Source of the DNA: Mytilus californianus
Taxonomy: Eukaryota
DNA: 64,000 nt
Direction of reading: 5' to 3'
Assembly: GCF_021869535.1 (NCBI RefSeq)
Contig: NW_026262723.1
Coordinates: forward strand, 80,786,001-80,850,000
Every line of letters starts with the position of its first letter. Position 1 is the stretch's first letter. Under the pieces are notes generated by a model that was not told the DNA's origin, searched no databases, and saw only the letters and a list, made by a program, of their open reading frames with translations. The position numbers were made by a program, and so were the translations under genes. Below are positions 36,965-48,543 of the stretch, in pieces.

Positions 36965-38179
36965 GCTTTATTACACGAATCATTTTGGTGAATTAAATTC
37001 TTATAATTGATAATCAGCACTTTTGTTATTAGAGAAATGTTATTAGGAACCTTTAGAACAAACATTATTTCTAGTTTATTTTGACGATCACAAAGACACT
37101 TGATGATCTTTAATAGTGCAGTGATACAGGCAGTCCCCTCTATCCAGTAAATGACGTCATAAAGGCGTGTTAATATTCCAGCAAACATAACGTTAACTCT
37201 AAAGAGGTCTATCTATATATAAGGAAAGGGTTCCTCACCTACAATTGCAGCTGTCAGTGTTAATGTGTAATGGTGACTGCCAAAAAATAAGTCAATCTGT
37301 TAGTGAATTTACAAATGACTAATTAAAACAGTGGACATGACTAAGCATTCATAAAACTAAAAAGCAAGACATTTTGGCTTCATATGGAGCGTTTTAGTAT
37401 TCATAATTATAAAAAGGACAGGTTTGGGGGATCAACATCTCGTTTCTGAGTGTTACAAACATAATACTCCTTACTTTGGACCACACCATATGCATTTTAA
37501 AAATACATGTAGTTTATAGTATACATACTGTCATACATGTACATTCGTTGTTTTGCCAGACAAGCTGGGGCCGTGGCCTGGGAAGTAAGAGTAATCTCGG
37601 ACTAGTACATTTTGTAATACTAATAATATGAAGGGAAAAATCATTACAAAAATTATGTGCAACCATATATACATGTATGTATTTTAACCAAAAAATTTTA
37701 CTGCATGTATTTTTTTTTCAAGTATTGAACATGTTTGTTGAAATTATATTTTCAATGTGTTGCTTTGTGCAGACTATAGTATAGCTATTTTACATACATG
37801 TATATATATGGATGATGATAATGTATTGTCTATTGAATAAGTTTCATGGGCATATTAGTTCAAGACAAAAATTTGGTTAGACAAATAGGTGGAATGTAGT
37901 ATATTTTGCGAAATCTGTAAAAATAATCCAAAATTTAGAATGATATCGAAATTTCTGACACGTGTTTGTTTTGACATTTGTTTACAAATAACAGGAGCAT
38001 ATATATTAGATATACTGTTCCCAGCAAATAATAATGTCTCGTGATAGATAATTCCACGATGTGAAGATTCATCAATGGAATTTCTGAAAACATAAAGATT
38101 ATATTCTCTGTTTTCAAAGGCAAAGAAGTTTGATATAAAAAAAATTCACAACTACGTGTACATGTATTTAACTACTGAA

Positions 38180-38463
38180 CAGGGTTGCGTTCAATATAGT
38201 AGCAGCTGCTAGATAGATTTTTTACCACTAAACATGTAGCTAGCCTATAAGCTGCTATCTTGACTTTGTCTATTTAGCAGCTAGGCTAGCTGCATGTTCA
38301 GTAGTCAAAAATCTATGTAGCCCTATGAAGCTGCTAAGATATCAGTGGCGGATCCAGAAATTTTCATAAGTAGGGGCCTGCTCCGGTCATACTTCAGTGA
38401 TTCCCTATATAATCAACCCCCTGCACCCCCTAAATCCGCCTCTGGATATAGAACGCAACCCTG
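38180..38463. mobile_element. Palindromic MITE with 3-bp GAA flanking duplication
   Basis: gaa|cagggttgcgttc ... gaacgcaaccctg|gaa; arms inverted over ~80 bp. Confidence 0.7.
38343..38444. mobile_element. 102-bp MITE with 5-bp GATAT TSD nested in the previous MITE
   Basis: gatat|cagtggcggatccag ... taaatccgcctctg|gatat. Confidence 0.75.
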
Positions 38464-38485
38464 GAACACTAACACTAGTATGGTA

Positions 38486-38750
38486 CTATGAATCTATGAC
38501 TTCTGATCTGAAACACCTACTAAAACACACAGAAATATCATCAAATAGTGAAATTATATAAGATTGATTACACCTTGTAAGTTGACCTTAGTTGTATGGA
38601 TAATTCCGACACGTGTTACATCGGGAGCCTATGAATCTATGACTTCTGATCTGAAACACCTACTAAAACTCACAGAAATATCATCAAATAGTGAAATATA
38701 AGATTGTTTGCACCTTGTATCGATAATCCGACACGTGTTACATCAGGAAC
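38486..38750. repeat. Tandem duplication, period 143 bp
   Basis: ctatgaatctatgacttctgatctgaaacacc.. at 38486 and 38629. Confidence 0.9.
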
Positions 38751-39617
38751 CCGTTTGTTTACAAATAACAATATCACGTGATCACGCACTGCACTGACGA
38801 CAAAATCTACACAATTACTGTAATTACACAATTAACACATACATAACCCATTTACCTTGCAGACATGGTTTGTATACTGTTAACACAAATATTGTATGTA
38901 CAGTTAATGAAGAAATTTTTTCATCAAATAGATCAGATTTTCACCCATGACACAAATCGACTGGGTTGACATTTCTGTCAAAAAAAAGTGTCATCGGGGA
39001 TAATTGATAAATGGGATTAAATTGACCGTCAAGAAGATCAAGAGAACCAGATCTGGAGAACCTTAACAATAATAAGTAATACTTACCACAATTGCTGATA
39101 CCAAACGCTATTTTCTATTGGGAATGTCAAAAACATGATGATAAAATAGTTTAATGTTGCAGGTTATTTTCTTTTTTTAGCTCGAATATTCTTACTCATA
39201 TTGTCTGACGTAACAAAATTTGTATGTAATACAATTTAACTATAGCTCAGCGGAAATAAAAGTTAATATGCAGAAGCATGACAATATATTAATGATAAAA
39301 TGTGTATATATTACTGTAAAAGATTAGAATTTGACTTTACCAGTATACTTCACTTAGAATTACATTTGAGCGCTAGAACATCTCTGTTTGTAAATCGGTT
39401 GAATCCAGGGGTCGAAGTTCAACATATTAACGGAAATTTTTGTGTATCAACGGAAAATTTAGTTTGTGCTTTGCATCGAGGCTTGCGTTGCTTTACATCG
39501 AGGACACAGCAGTTCAACCAATCGGGGAATGTTAAGTTGGGACATACCTCCATTTTTACTGCAGGTTTTGGCATAATTAAAACAGAATTATAGAAAAATG
39601 AAATGTTGTTAGTAGAT

Positions 39618-42600
39618 GGGTCAGTTTTCAAAAAATGTCGAATTTTCAGTACACCCATGTTATTTTTTTAATTTTTAACGGAATATGCCACTTTTTGTGT
39701 TAAAATGAAAGCTTTTATCATTTATGATTACAAACATTCATAATAAACATGCTTAATGTCTATCTTAATAAAATTAAATGATATTATGTGTCGTTTTTTG
39801 CGTTATTTACGTGCGTACATTATCAAGATTACATAGTTGCAATGAATTTTTTTATCTTTTCTGATTGCCTCTGAACCTACAAGTTGCATTATTTTAGTAT
39901 GTTAGACATTACTTTAATAGAAAAACACAATTTTCTTATTATAACAAGTATATTTTTATCTGAACAAGAAATTGGATCGGCGTACATGACATCTCTGTCT
40001 TTCCTGTTACCGATACTAAAATTGCCTTACAATTTATTCTTCCTATGAATACGGAACTCTCCTATAATGACGTCATAAGCACTCAACGTCTTCAACATAA
40101 TAGGCAGAACGTTATGAACAACAACGCTTAGATAAAGAAAATTAAAGAAATTAAGTAAGTACAATTAGAAGGGTACTTTTTTTCATGTCTGTGCTGTTAC
40201 CAACAAATTACTTCATTAAGACAATATTACATTTGTAAAATATAAAATAATGTTTTGGAAACATAACCCACAAAATAAAAAACGTCCATACCGGGGGAAG
40301 GGAGCAGTCATATCACAACAACATCAATAAACCTAAATATTTGTCCATCCTGTTACTGTCTACCTGTTACTTTGAAAAAAGGTAACAGGCTAGACTGACT
40401 CGGTAACAGGACAGACTTTAACTTTTCGGAAACATCATTAAATAGTGCAATAATTTGTTAAACGATTTTTTATTTACACATAATGAAATGTTTAATTATG
40501 TAAAGGGAATTTGGAGCTACACAATTGCCATCCTGGCAGTTGAGCACACAAAGTAAGCAGTTTTGCTTTTTGGTAACAGGACAGACAATAAAAGTAACAG
40601 GATAGAACTAAAATTTGGTAATAGTAGTAATATGGGCTTTTATCACTTAAAATGACCTAAAAGTTACGCATACATGAGCATATTAATGTTTTTAATTATT
40701 ATAAGTTACTTTGAGGGTAAAACATTCAAAAACTTGCAGTTATGTACCTTAAATATAGAGTGTTACTAAATAGTAACAGCATAGACACTTACCGTAACAG
40801 GAAAGAGCTAAAACTATGATATACCAAATGAAACTATATATATATACATATATAAAGACTGTAACCGATTTATATTTGTTACACTTTATAAATATTGTCG
40901 AAATTTCAATTTAAGTAATGATTTTCGTAGCAAAGTATGACAATCAATGACAAATAGTATGTGTTCAACGGTAACAGGATAGACATTTTTCATATGTTGA
41001 ATGAAATATCGGTATTGAAATACTGAATTGATAAGCTAAATTATTTTTTTAAGTACTAAAATGATTAACTGATGTTCTTGAGATTTTCATATTCCGACGA
41101 ACGTTTATTTGACCATCAACAAAAACTATGAACAGCATTTTTTCTTCAGATTTGCAGAAATGGTTCTTTCTGCCGCCGAAAAACAGAGACGATACAGGAG
41201 ACGAAGAGATGCAGATCAACTAAGACGTGAAGAGTATCTTGCTAAAGAAAAAGAACGGTACAAAATGCTAAGAGAAATCGGCATAAGAAAGAACAAAAGT
41301 GAGATGACAAAAAGAGAACAGCGTCGAAATAGAAGAATATGGAGGCTGCAGAAGAAGGACCTGAGAAAAAGAAAAAAAGAGGTAAAGAATATATTGGCAC
41401 CTCCTGAATCACCTGAACCACTTCCACAAATTGTCGAGGTAGTAGAAATTCAACCAGGACCATCAAGACAGCAAGAAGTAAGTACAAAGAAGAGAAATAG
41501 AGAGAAGACAAAATTCCACAAGCGTAACCTTTTCCTGGAGAGAAAAATTGAAGAGGCAAATTTGAGAGCAGAAAGGTATAGACAAAGATTAAAAGAAGTA
41601 AGAAAGGGAGGGAAAGAAACTCCAAGAAGTAAAACTAGGCGACTGTTGAGGAACTCATCATCAGTATACGTCAAAAGAGCATTGGACTTTCATCATGTAC
41701 TTGTTAGCCAAGTGGAGAAAAGTTATAAGCAATTCAAGTTGAAAAAATCAATCAAAGAAATTCTACGAGGAAAGATAATGCGAAAGTATAGACTATCAAC
41801 CCACGCATTTAAACAAATGAGAGTCCCAATGAAAAGAGGAAAGACCACCAGGAAGGGATCACTTTCATCACGCCTGAAGGGAAAAGTTCAGTGCTTTTTT
41901 GAGCGGGACGACTATTCAAGAACCACAACAGGGAAGAAGCAAACAAAAACTAGACACAGAATGAAGAAACAACTTAGGTTCTTAAATGACACAATAGGAA
42001 ATTTGTATCAAAAGTACAAAGCGGAAAATCTGGAAAAAATAAGTTTTATAACATTTTGGCGGTTGAAGCCCTATTGGATTAAAGCTCCATCTGAAAAAGA
42101 AAGGGACACATGTCTTTGTAAAACATGTGAGAATGTGATCTCTCTTGTAGAGAGCATAAAGAAACTAAAGGCAATTGAGACTACTAATTTGGAAAGTCTG
42201 GTGAAAGAGACCGTCTGTTCAGTTGATGAGAAAGAGTGCATGTACGGCAATTGCAACATTTGTAAGGACATGGACGTAAAATTGAACATAAAGAATGAAA
42301 ACGAGCAGACGACCTGGGCACAATGGAAAACAACAAAAGTTGTTAAAACATTCAAAAACGGAGATTAAAAGGAAATAAATATTGTTGTGAAGGAAGATGA
42401 AAATGGTTCAGTTGGAAGGTTAGCTGAATTTTTCCATGACAAGCTTCGTTCTACATACAGGCGACATCTATTTAATTTAAAGAACCAGTACAAACACTAT
42501 AGAAGAGTGAGAGCAACCTTGAAAGATACAGAAGGTTTTATACATGTGGACTTTTCGGAGAATTACAACGCAAAAATGCCGAAAGAGATTCAGTCAATGC

Positions 42601-44935
42601 ACTTTGGTGCGTCCTTACCGCAAATTTCCCTGCACACTGGGTATTATACAACTGGACAAATGGACAACATCCAGTCGTTTTGCGGTGTTTCCGATTCTCT
42701 TAGGCATGACCCACAAGCTATTTGGGCTTATCTCATACCTGTTTAAAGAGATATGAAAGAGAAGTACCCGGGTATTGATTTTCTTCATTTCTATAGTGAT
42801 GGTCCAACTGCCGAATATCGCCAGAAAATAAACTTCTATCTGCTCTCAACATTGATATTTGACTTAGGATTTTCTGGAGGATGTTGGAATTTTCACAATG
42901 CAGGTCATGGTAAAGGAATTCCCGATGGAATTGGTGGATCAATAAAGAGAATCTTTGACCTCATACAATTGTATCGTTGTATTTTTCAGTTCTCTGACAA
43001 ACGATTCTGCATCCATGATTTTAACACCAGACAAAAAATGAGCAGACTGAAGCTAGTAAATTGAAAGACAAAACAGAAATTACAAACAACACGAATAAAG
43101 AGAATCAAGGGGATGAAGAGCATGCAGAACATTCACACGATAACAAAAACGTGTGTGACACAGGAAAATATGACCAGATTGAGACCACTATACACGATCA
43201 GAATGATACCCCCAATAACCTATATGAGCAAGAACACTCAAAAAATGAAAACAAAATCGTTGACGGAGATAAATTGAAAACTGAGACTAAAAGAGAAAAT
43301 TCAACGATTGATCGTTCAGAAAACTGTGCATTGGAAGTACCCGAGGCATCGGAATGCATCAACAAATACGTGATTGTGAAGTATAATAACACGCCTTATC
43401 CAGGCTATGTTGAGGATGGTGATTCGTCGGATATCTTTGTTGTTTGCATGCACAGGGTTGGCAGAAAGTTAGAAAAAAATGTGTTTTTCTGGCCCAAAGC
43501 GATCAAAGATAAATGCTGGTACAAACACGATAAGATTTTAGCTATTATCCCAGAACCAAAGAGAATAAAAGGTTTGAGCGATTGCTATGAAGTTGACCCT
43601 GTGATTTGGTCGATGGTTTTGAACAAACTTTAACTTTTCCACTATTTCATTGATTGACAAAATGAATTTTGTGTACCGATTTTGTTTAAGCATTCCTCCT
43701 TAACATATAATAGTAGATATACTTGGATATCTATGTACAGGGCTTGCTTTTCATCATTTTGCGTCGGTCGTCCTTAAGTTTGATTTGTTCTGACTTAGTC
43801 TTCTGCTTTTGTAGATTTCCATGTCTTTTCTGTATTTTTTTCAGCGTGTTGCTGCAGTTCGTGGCAATAAAGGTTATTGTTTATTAGTTATTACACTAGT
43901 AAGTGTTCTTTTTTGTTATAACAAAGTTAGTTTGATGTCGTTATTTTCATTGTGTAGCCAACATCTGAAGCATCAATCTTATCTTTAACAACGTAGTTCA
44001 CCGGACAACAAACTAATAACTTATCTAATACATTTTAATTGTACGTGGTTTCCAAGTTACCCGACATTAACATTAGTAGTTTAACTTTACCAAACAGTTT
44101 TATCTGGAATGTTTATCATTTGAAATAAAGGTATATAATCCCTTCATGGTACATAGAAATTATTCTTTGGGCAGAGGTTGCCGAATGTTTGATCCTTTTC
44201 GGTTTAATCGGCATTTCTATGGTTGTTTACGGTTTTGAACTTATTTCTTTTTTAATTTTTGACCGACAGCACCTCTGAAGTGTTGAAATGCGAATTAACC
44301 GTTTGCATTAAATAAGAATGGGTTTTATTATGTACAATTCCAATTGATAAAGCATTGGTATTGTCTTTCCTGTTACCATATTGTCTATCCTGTTACCGTT
44401 CATGTACGTTCCTGTTACCATCAACATAATGACAAAATCAATATAGAAAAGAAGTGTTAAATGTTGGGTTTATTTAAAAGTGTAGGGAAAGCTGACTATG
44501 GAGAAATTTTTTCTAAGACTTGCATTGCTCGTGGTCTTTTTTACAATACTTCAAAAACATAAAATAGAGGTTATTTTCAGTATTAACTGAAACATTGACA
44601 AAAAAATAAATTTATCTACAGAAATAAATTATATAGACTGTATTTTCTTAAAAACCCCTGTATTATAAACGGTAAAACGTTTTTAAAAGTCATCTATAAC
44701 CTTTCTGTATAGCCGAAAATTTTGTTTGAAAACGGTAACAGGATAGACAAAATATAGCACCTCACGATGAAAAATGTTTGAATATATTCTTGTATTACCT
44801 CATTAAGATTGCATATTCTAGTATGTTGGTCAGCAGTCATTGTTATATAAGATTTGCTAATAAAGATGATGGTTTAAGCTAGTTCGTTTTTTCAATTTTT
44901 CATTTTCAAAATTCGACATTTTTTGAAAATGACCC
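39618..44935 (+). mobile_element. Full-length Sola2 DNA transposon (5318 bp)
   Basis: ~30-bp TIRs gggtca(g)ttttcaaaaaatgtcgaatttt, 4-bp TSD AGAT (39614-39617, 44936-44939), subterminal GTAACAG motifs, Sola2-type transposase. Confidence 0.9.
41160..43633 (+). pseudogene. Sola2 transposase with two in-frame TAA stops (42366, 42744) and an apparent deletion after ~42950
   Basis: MVLSAAEKQRR start; FERDD.SR, CLCK.CEN, VDFSENY, YSDG..EY, GHGKG.PDGIGG.IKR; C-terminal YVIVKY..YPG..FFWP..D.CWY domain. Confidence 0.85.
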
Positions 44936-45627
44936 AGATACAGAACAGAAAATGATAAACACTTTTAGCAAAAGACGAATTGGATCGGGGTTCTGTGTAT
45001 TCATATTATTTTTACAACCCTCCTTTACTCTTGGGAAGCGTGTTCTTTACATCGAGGCCACAGTAGTTCAACCAATCGGGGAATGTTTATTTGGGGCATA
45101 AGACCTATTTTAACTGCAGGTTTTAGAATATTTTAATCGAAATTATAGAAAAATGGAATGTTGTTAGTACATATAAAACATAAAATGATGAATACTTTTA
45201 GCAAAAGATAAATTGGATCGGGGTTCTGTGTATTGACATTATTATTTATACAACTCTCCTTACTGATCCCATATTTTGGAATTTCTGTGACCTAAATAGT
45301 TCGCGAAAATTAATATTTTTTATATATAGTATAGTAACTATTTGACAACACATTTGCAGATTCATAGTGTAGTTAACTTTGGTGAACATACAAAAGTTAC
45401 AACAACTCTTTGAAATATTTATCACTTTACATTAAAGGGTCGTAATTCAGGACATAGCCCACGTGTGTACATGTAAATAAAAATAAACATAGAAATTTTA
45501 CAAGCTGTTTAAAAATAGCATTGAATTTGAATATCGTTGACAAAGTTGAATTATACAGATGCATTATAGCAATTTAGATTTCGACAACAATAAAAAATCA
45601 TGTACTATATATATTGTAAATAGTTAG

Positions 45628-47271
45628 TTAAAATGATTTGGGCATCTTGGTTACTTGCTTCTCGCTTGAGCCAGGAGTGGAACTTGAACTTCTATTACGT
45701 TTTTTACTCGGGGTTTGATATTCACCTTCACACTCTGAATTTATAAAGTCCTCGAAGATATTTTCTACCAATTCTATACCGGATTTGCTGATATGAACCC
45801 CACTCGGGTCGTTCAAGTCAAACAGTTAACGGTACGGTGTTTTGTTCGAAGCAAATTCGTCCCATAGATCAATATATTTCAGCACTCGACTTTTTACACA
45901 GAGATTTTGTGTAAAGCAATTGACAGCCCTTGCTGCTGTATGTAATGCTTGTATAGAGGTACAATTACCTCTTCTTGGTAGAATACTGCAGATACCAATG
46001 CGTGCATTTGGATATTTGGTTTTTAATGTATCTATGCATGTCGTAGGATTTGCCGTAAAGCAATTGACAGCCCTTGCTGCTGTATGTAATGCTTGTATAG
46101 AGGTACAATTACCTCTTCTTGGTAGAATACTGCAGATACCAATGCGTGCATTTGGATATTTGGTTTTTAATGTATCTATGCATGTCGTATGATTTGCCGT
46201 TATTTGCTCGGTGTCACTTCTGTGCTTACTGATGTCATTTGTCCCTAATGATAAAATCACATTAATAACATAGCCAGAATTCACTATATTATCAGTTTGA
46301 CAAACAAGTTTGTCAATTTGACCAAGAGTGGTGCCTGATACCGCTATAATATTTATACTTGGGTCCTGAATTCTAAGGCGACTGCAATTGGATGCACCAA
46401 ATATTACTGTTTGAGAAGTTGGGAGTGTAGCGTTTTTTTTTCCAAACACACTTTCAGTTGTTTTGTTTAATTCAACAATTAATTCTTCTGAATTATTATC
46501 TTCGGTAAACAAGTCATCTATATTGGCGTCTCTGCCTTCTTGAATGTCATACACATAGTCACCATACATTTCTTGGTCATCAGCCTGACAATCCCTTTGT
46601 ATATGACCTTCTTTCCCGCACCGATAGCATAATTTTTCGGAGTGGGGACAATCTTTTATTGTATGTGCAGTACTGTTGCATCTATAACATTTGCGTGCCG
46701 CTTGATTTTGACGGGAGGGTTTGTTTGCACATCGATAAGATGGATGATCTGTTCTCGTACAGTACGGACGCTCTGTCCTGTTATTGTCTGCGAACACCCT
46801 GATACTGAATCTCCCGAATTTGGTTGCGATTGGAATTATTGGAATACAGTTTGTTAGTTGCACATAGCGTGTGCCGGTCTCGATATTCGTGTCTTTAATT
46901 TTACCTCTGCAGAGGGACCCCTGCACAACATCACCAAATGTTGAAATATGGCCACATATTATTATGTCACTCATTTCACACGGGGCATCTTTTATAGTCA
47001 CATGTGTAACTTGCTGTTCTACATCTACCATTTTGATGTAACGGTTTTTCAAGTTTATTCCTCGAGTGAGTAATGTATGTTTTGTGTTCTGGTCGTGTAC
47101 TGTAACTATATATTCTTTCTCTGTAATTTGTATGGTTTGTATGTCGTTTTGGTCTACCAGAGTTTTTATTTAATTTAATACATCAGTATGTGTAATACCC
47201 TTGGTGAAACTAATACCGAAGTGAATAGATAAGTGTCGCTTGGTTTGAGCTTTATGAGAGTCTACCGCCAT
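45628..47271 (-). pseudogene. LINE ORF1p: RRM-like (Tx1/ZCCHC3-type) plus three CCHC knuckles plus SGNH esterase
   Basis: ATG 47271 (MAVDSH), one TAA near 47170; TGTRYV; YCTRTDHPSYRC, CYRCNSTAHTIKDC, CYRCGKEGHIQRDC; FGASN, SG.T, GTND, SGVH; frameshift near 45826. Confidence 0.8.
45911..46198. repeat. 144-nt in-frame tandem duplication (1 mismatch) in the esterase domain
   Basis: gtaaagcaattgacagccc.. at 45911 and 46055. Confidence 0.95.
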
Positions 47272-47504
47272 TATGAAATCATGTAAACAACTCACGGGTT
47301 ACTCACAAAAACACAATAAACTTCTCAAGTTATAAGGTTCCAGAAAAGAAATCTATGGATTCTAGAAACAAAGTCAATACCACTGTTTTAATCCACAAAT
47401 AACTGCAACAAGATGAGTAAATTTATGGAAATTAATTTTTTTACTCAGAGCTCTGAAAACCTGGACTTGGCACATAAAGGGCACATAACTCCTTTTTTGA
47501 TGTT

Positions 47505-48543
47505 GATCTTCATATCCGATGTTTGCTTATGTTCAGTAAAATTTGTGCGACGACACACATTTCAACAAGAAATTACAAGATATTTTTCGCTGGTGTGATG
47601 ACAATAAAATGGCTGTAAATGTATCCAAGACGAAAGCTATGTGTATTGGTTCTAAACAGAAGCTTTCTGTTTCATCAGACAAATACATTGGTCTTGCCAT
47701 AAATGGACAACAAATTAAAGAAGGTACATGTGAAAAGGTTCTAGGTATTTTTGTTGATGCATCTTTCTCTTGTTCTTCTCATATTGAACATATAATAAAA
47801 AAAAAGTCAACTCTTCTTTAGCTTTTCTAAAGAGAATAAAGAAATACTTGAATCACAAAGCGAGAAAACTGCATTATAATGCTTTCGTTTTACCTCAGTT
47901 AGACTAGTGTTGTTCAATATGGGGAAAAACTGCAACAACTTTCTATCAGATAGTTTACTAAAACTGCAAATGAGGGCAGCAAGAATAATATTAGAAGAAA
48001 ATGATTACAGCAAACATTCTAACGAATTATTTCACGAATGTGACATTGTGCCGATTACAAAAAGAATACATTATCATAAATCATTACTAATGTATAAGCC
48101 AAAAATTGGTTTAGCTCCAGAATATTTGGCGAGTCTTATTTCACAGATTCTGCAAACCAAAAATACAATACGATATTTTCGTCTTCTGATAGTTTTATAA
48201 TTCCAAAACCAAATACAGAGTTGTATAAGTCTAGTTTCTCGTACAGTGGACCAAAAGTTTGGAATACTCCTCCTTATACAATTAAAAGATCAAACACAGT
48301 ATTAGAATTTAAACATTACTACAAATCTATGTACTTCTAACTTACCATGATATTTGTACTTCAATGCCATATAATAATTGTTTATCGAATTTAAATTGTA
48401 TTGCATCTTTTTTTATCATTATTATTGAATTTGTATTGTTTAATTTTTAATGTTATTATTATTGTATTAAGAGAGCCTTATTGAAAATTGGTGTAATCCA
48501 AATGAGTTACTCTCTCCAAGTAAAGATATTATTATTATTATTA
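47505..48543 (+). mobile_element. L2/CR1-group LINE 3' fragment
   Basis: CDDT, WC..NKM.VN.SKTK.M.IG, KVLGI.VD, KLQ.RAARII, APEYL; 3' UTR ending in (TTA)n at 48528-48543. Confidence 0.85.

Larger units (their letters stand above)
32260..39150 (-). pseudogene. Unidentified multi-exon host gene remnant
   Basis: Candidate exons with AG/GT bounds: 38856-38876 (aaaccATGTCTGCAAG|gtaaat), 37239-37276, 35107-35264, 33732-33942, 33334-33370; further protein-like pieces 32260-33150; upstream donor at 39081-39086; stops and frameshifts present. Confidence 0.4.
39491..45264. repeat. Two diverged ~230-bp tandem units; unit 1 split by Sola2, unit 2 (45045-45264) unoccupied
   Basis: ctttacatcgagg.cacag.agttcaaccaatcggggaatgtt at 39491 and 45045; unit 2 has gttagt-acat-ataaaaca at the homologous site. 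Confidence 0.85.

Noticed and set aside
28370-45628. ORF1 (45.6-47.3 kb) and ORF2 (18-28 kb), both on the minus strand, as one LINE
   Set aside because: 17 kb apart, no endonuclease remnant between them, and the gap holds non-TE gene-like sequence that nested insertions do not explain.
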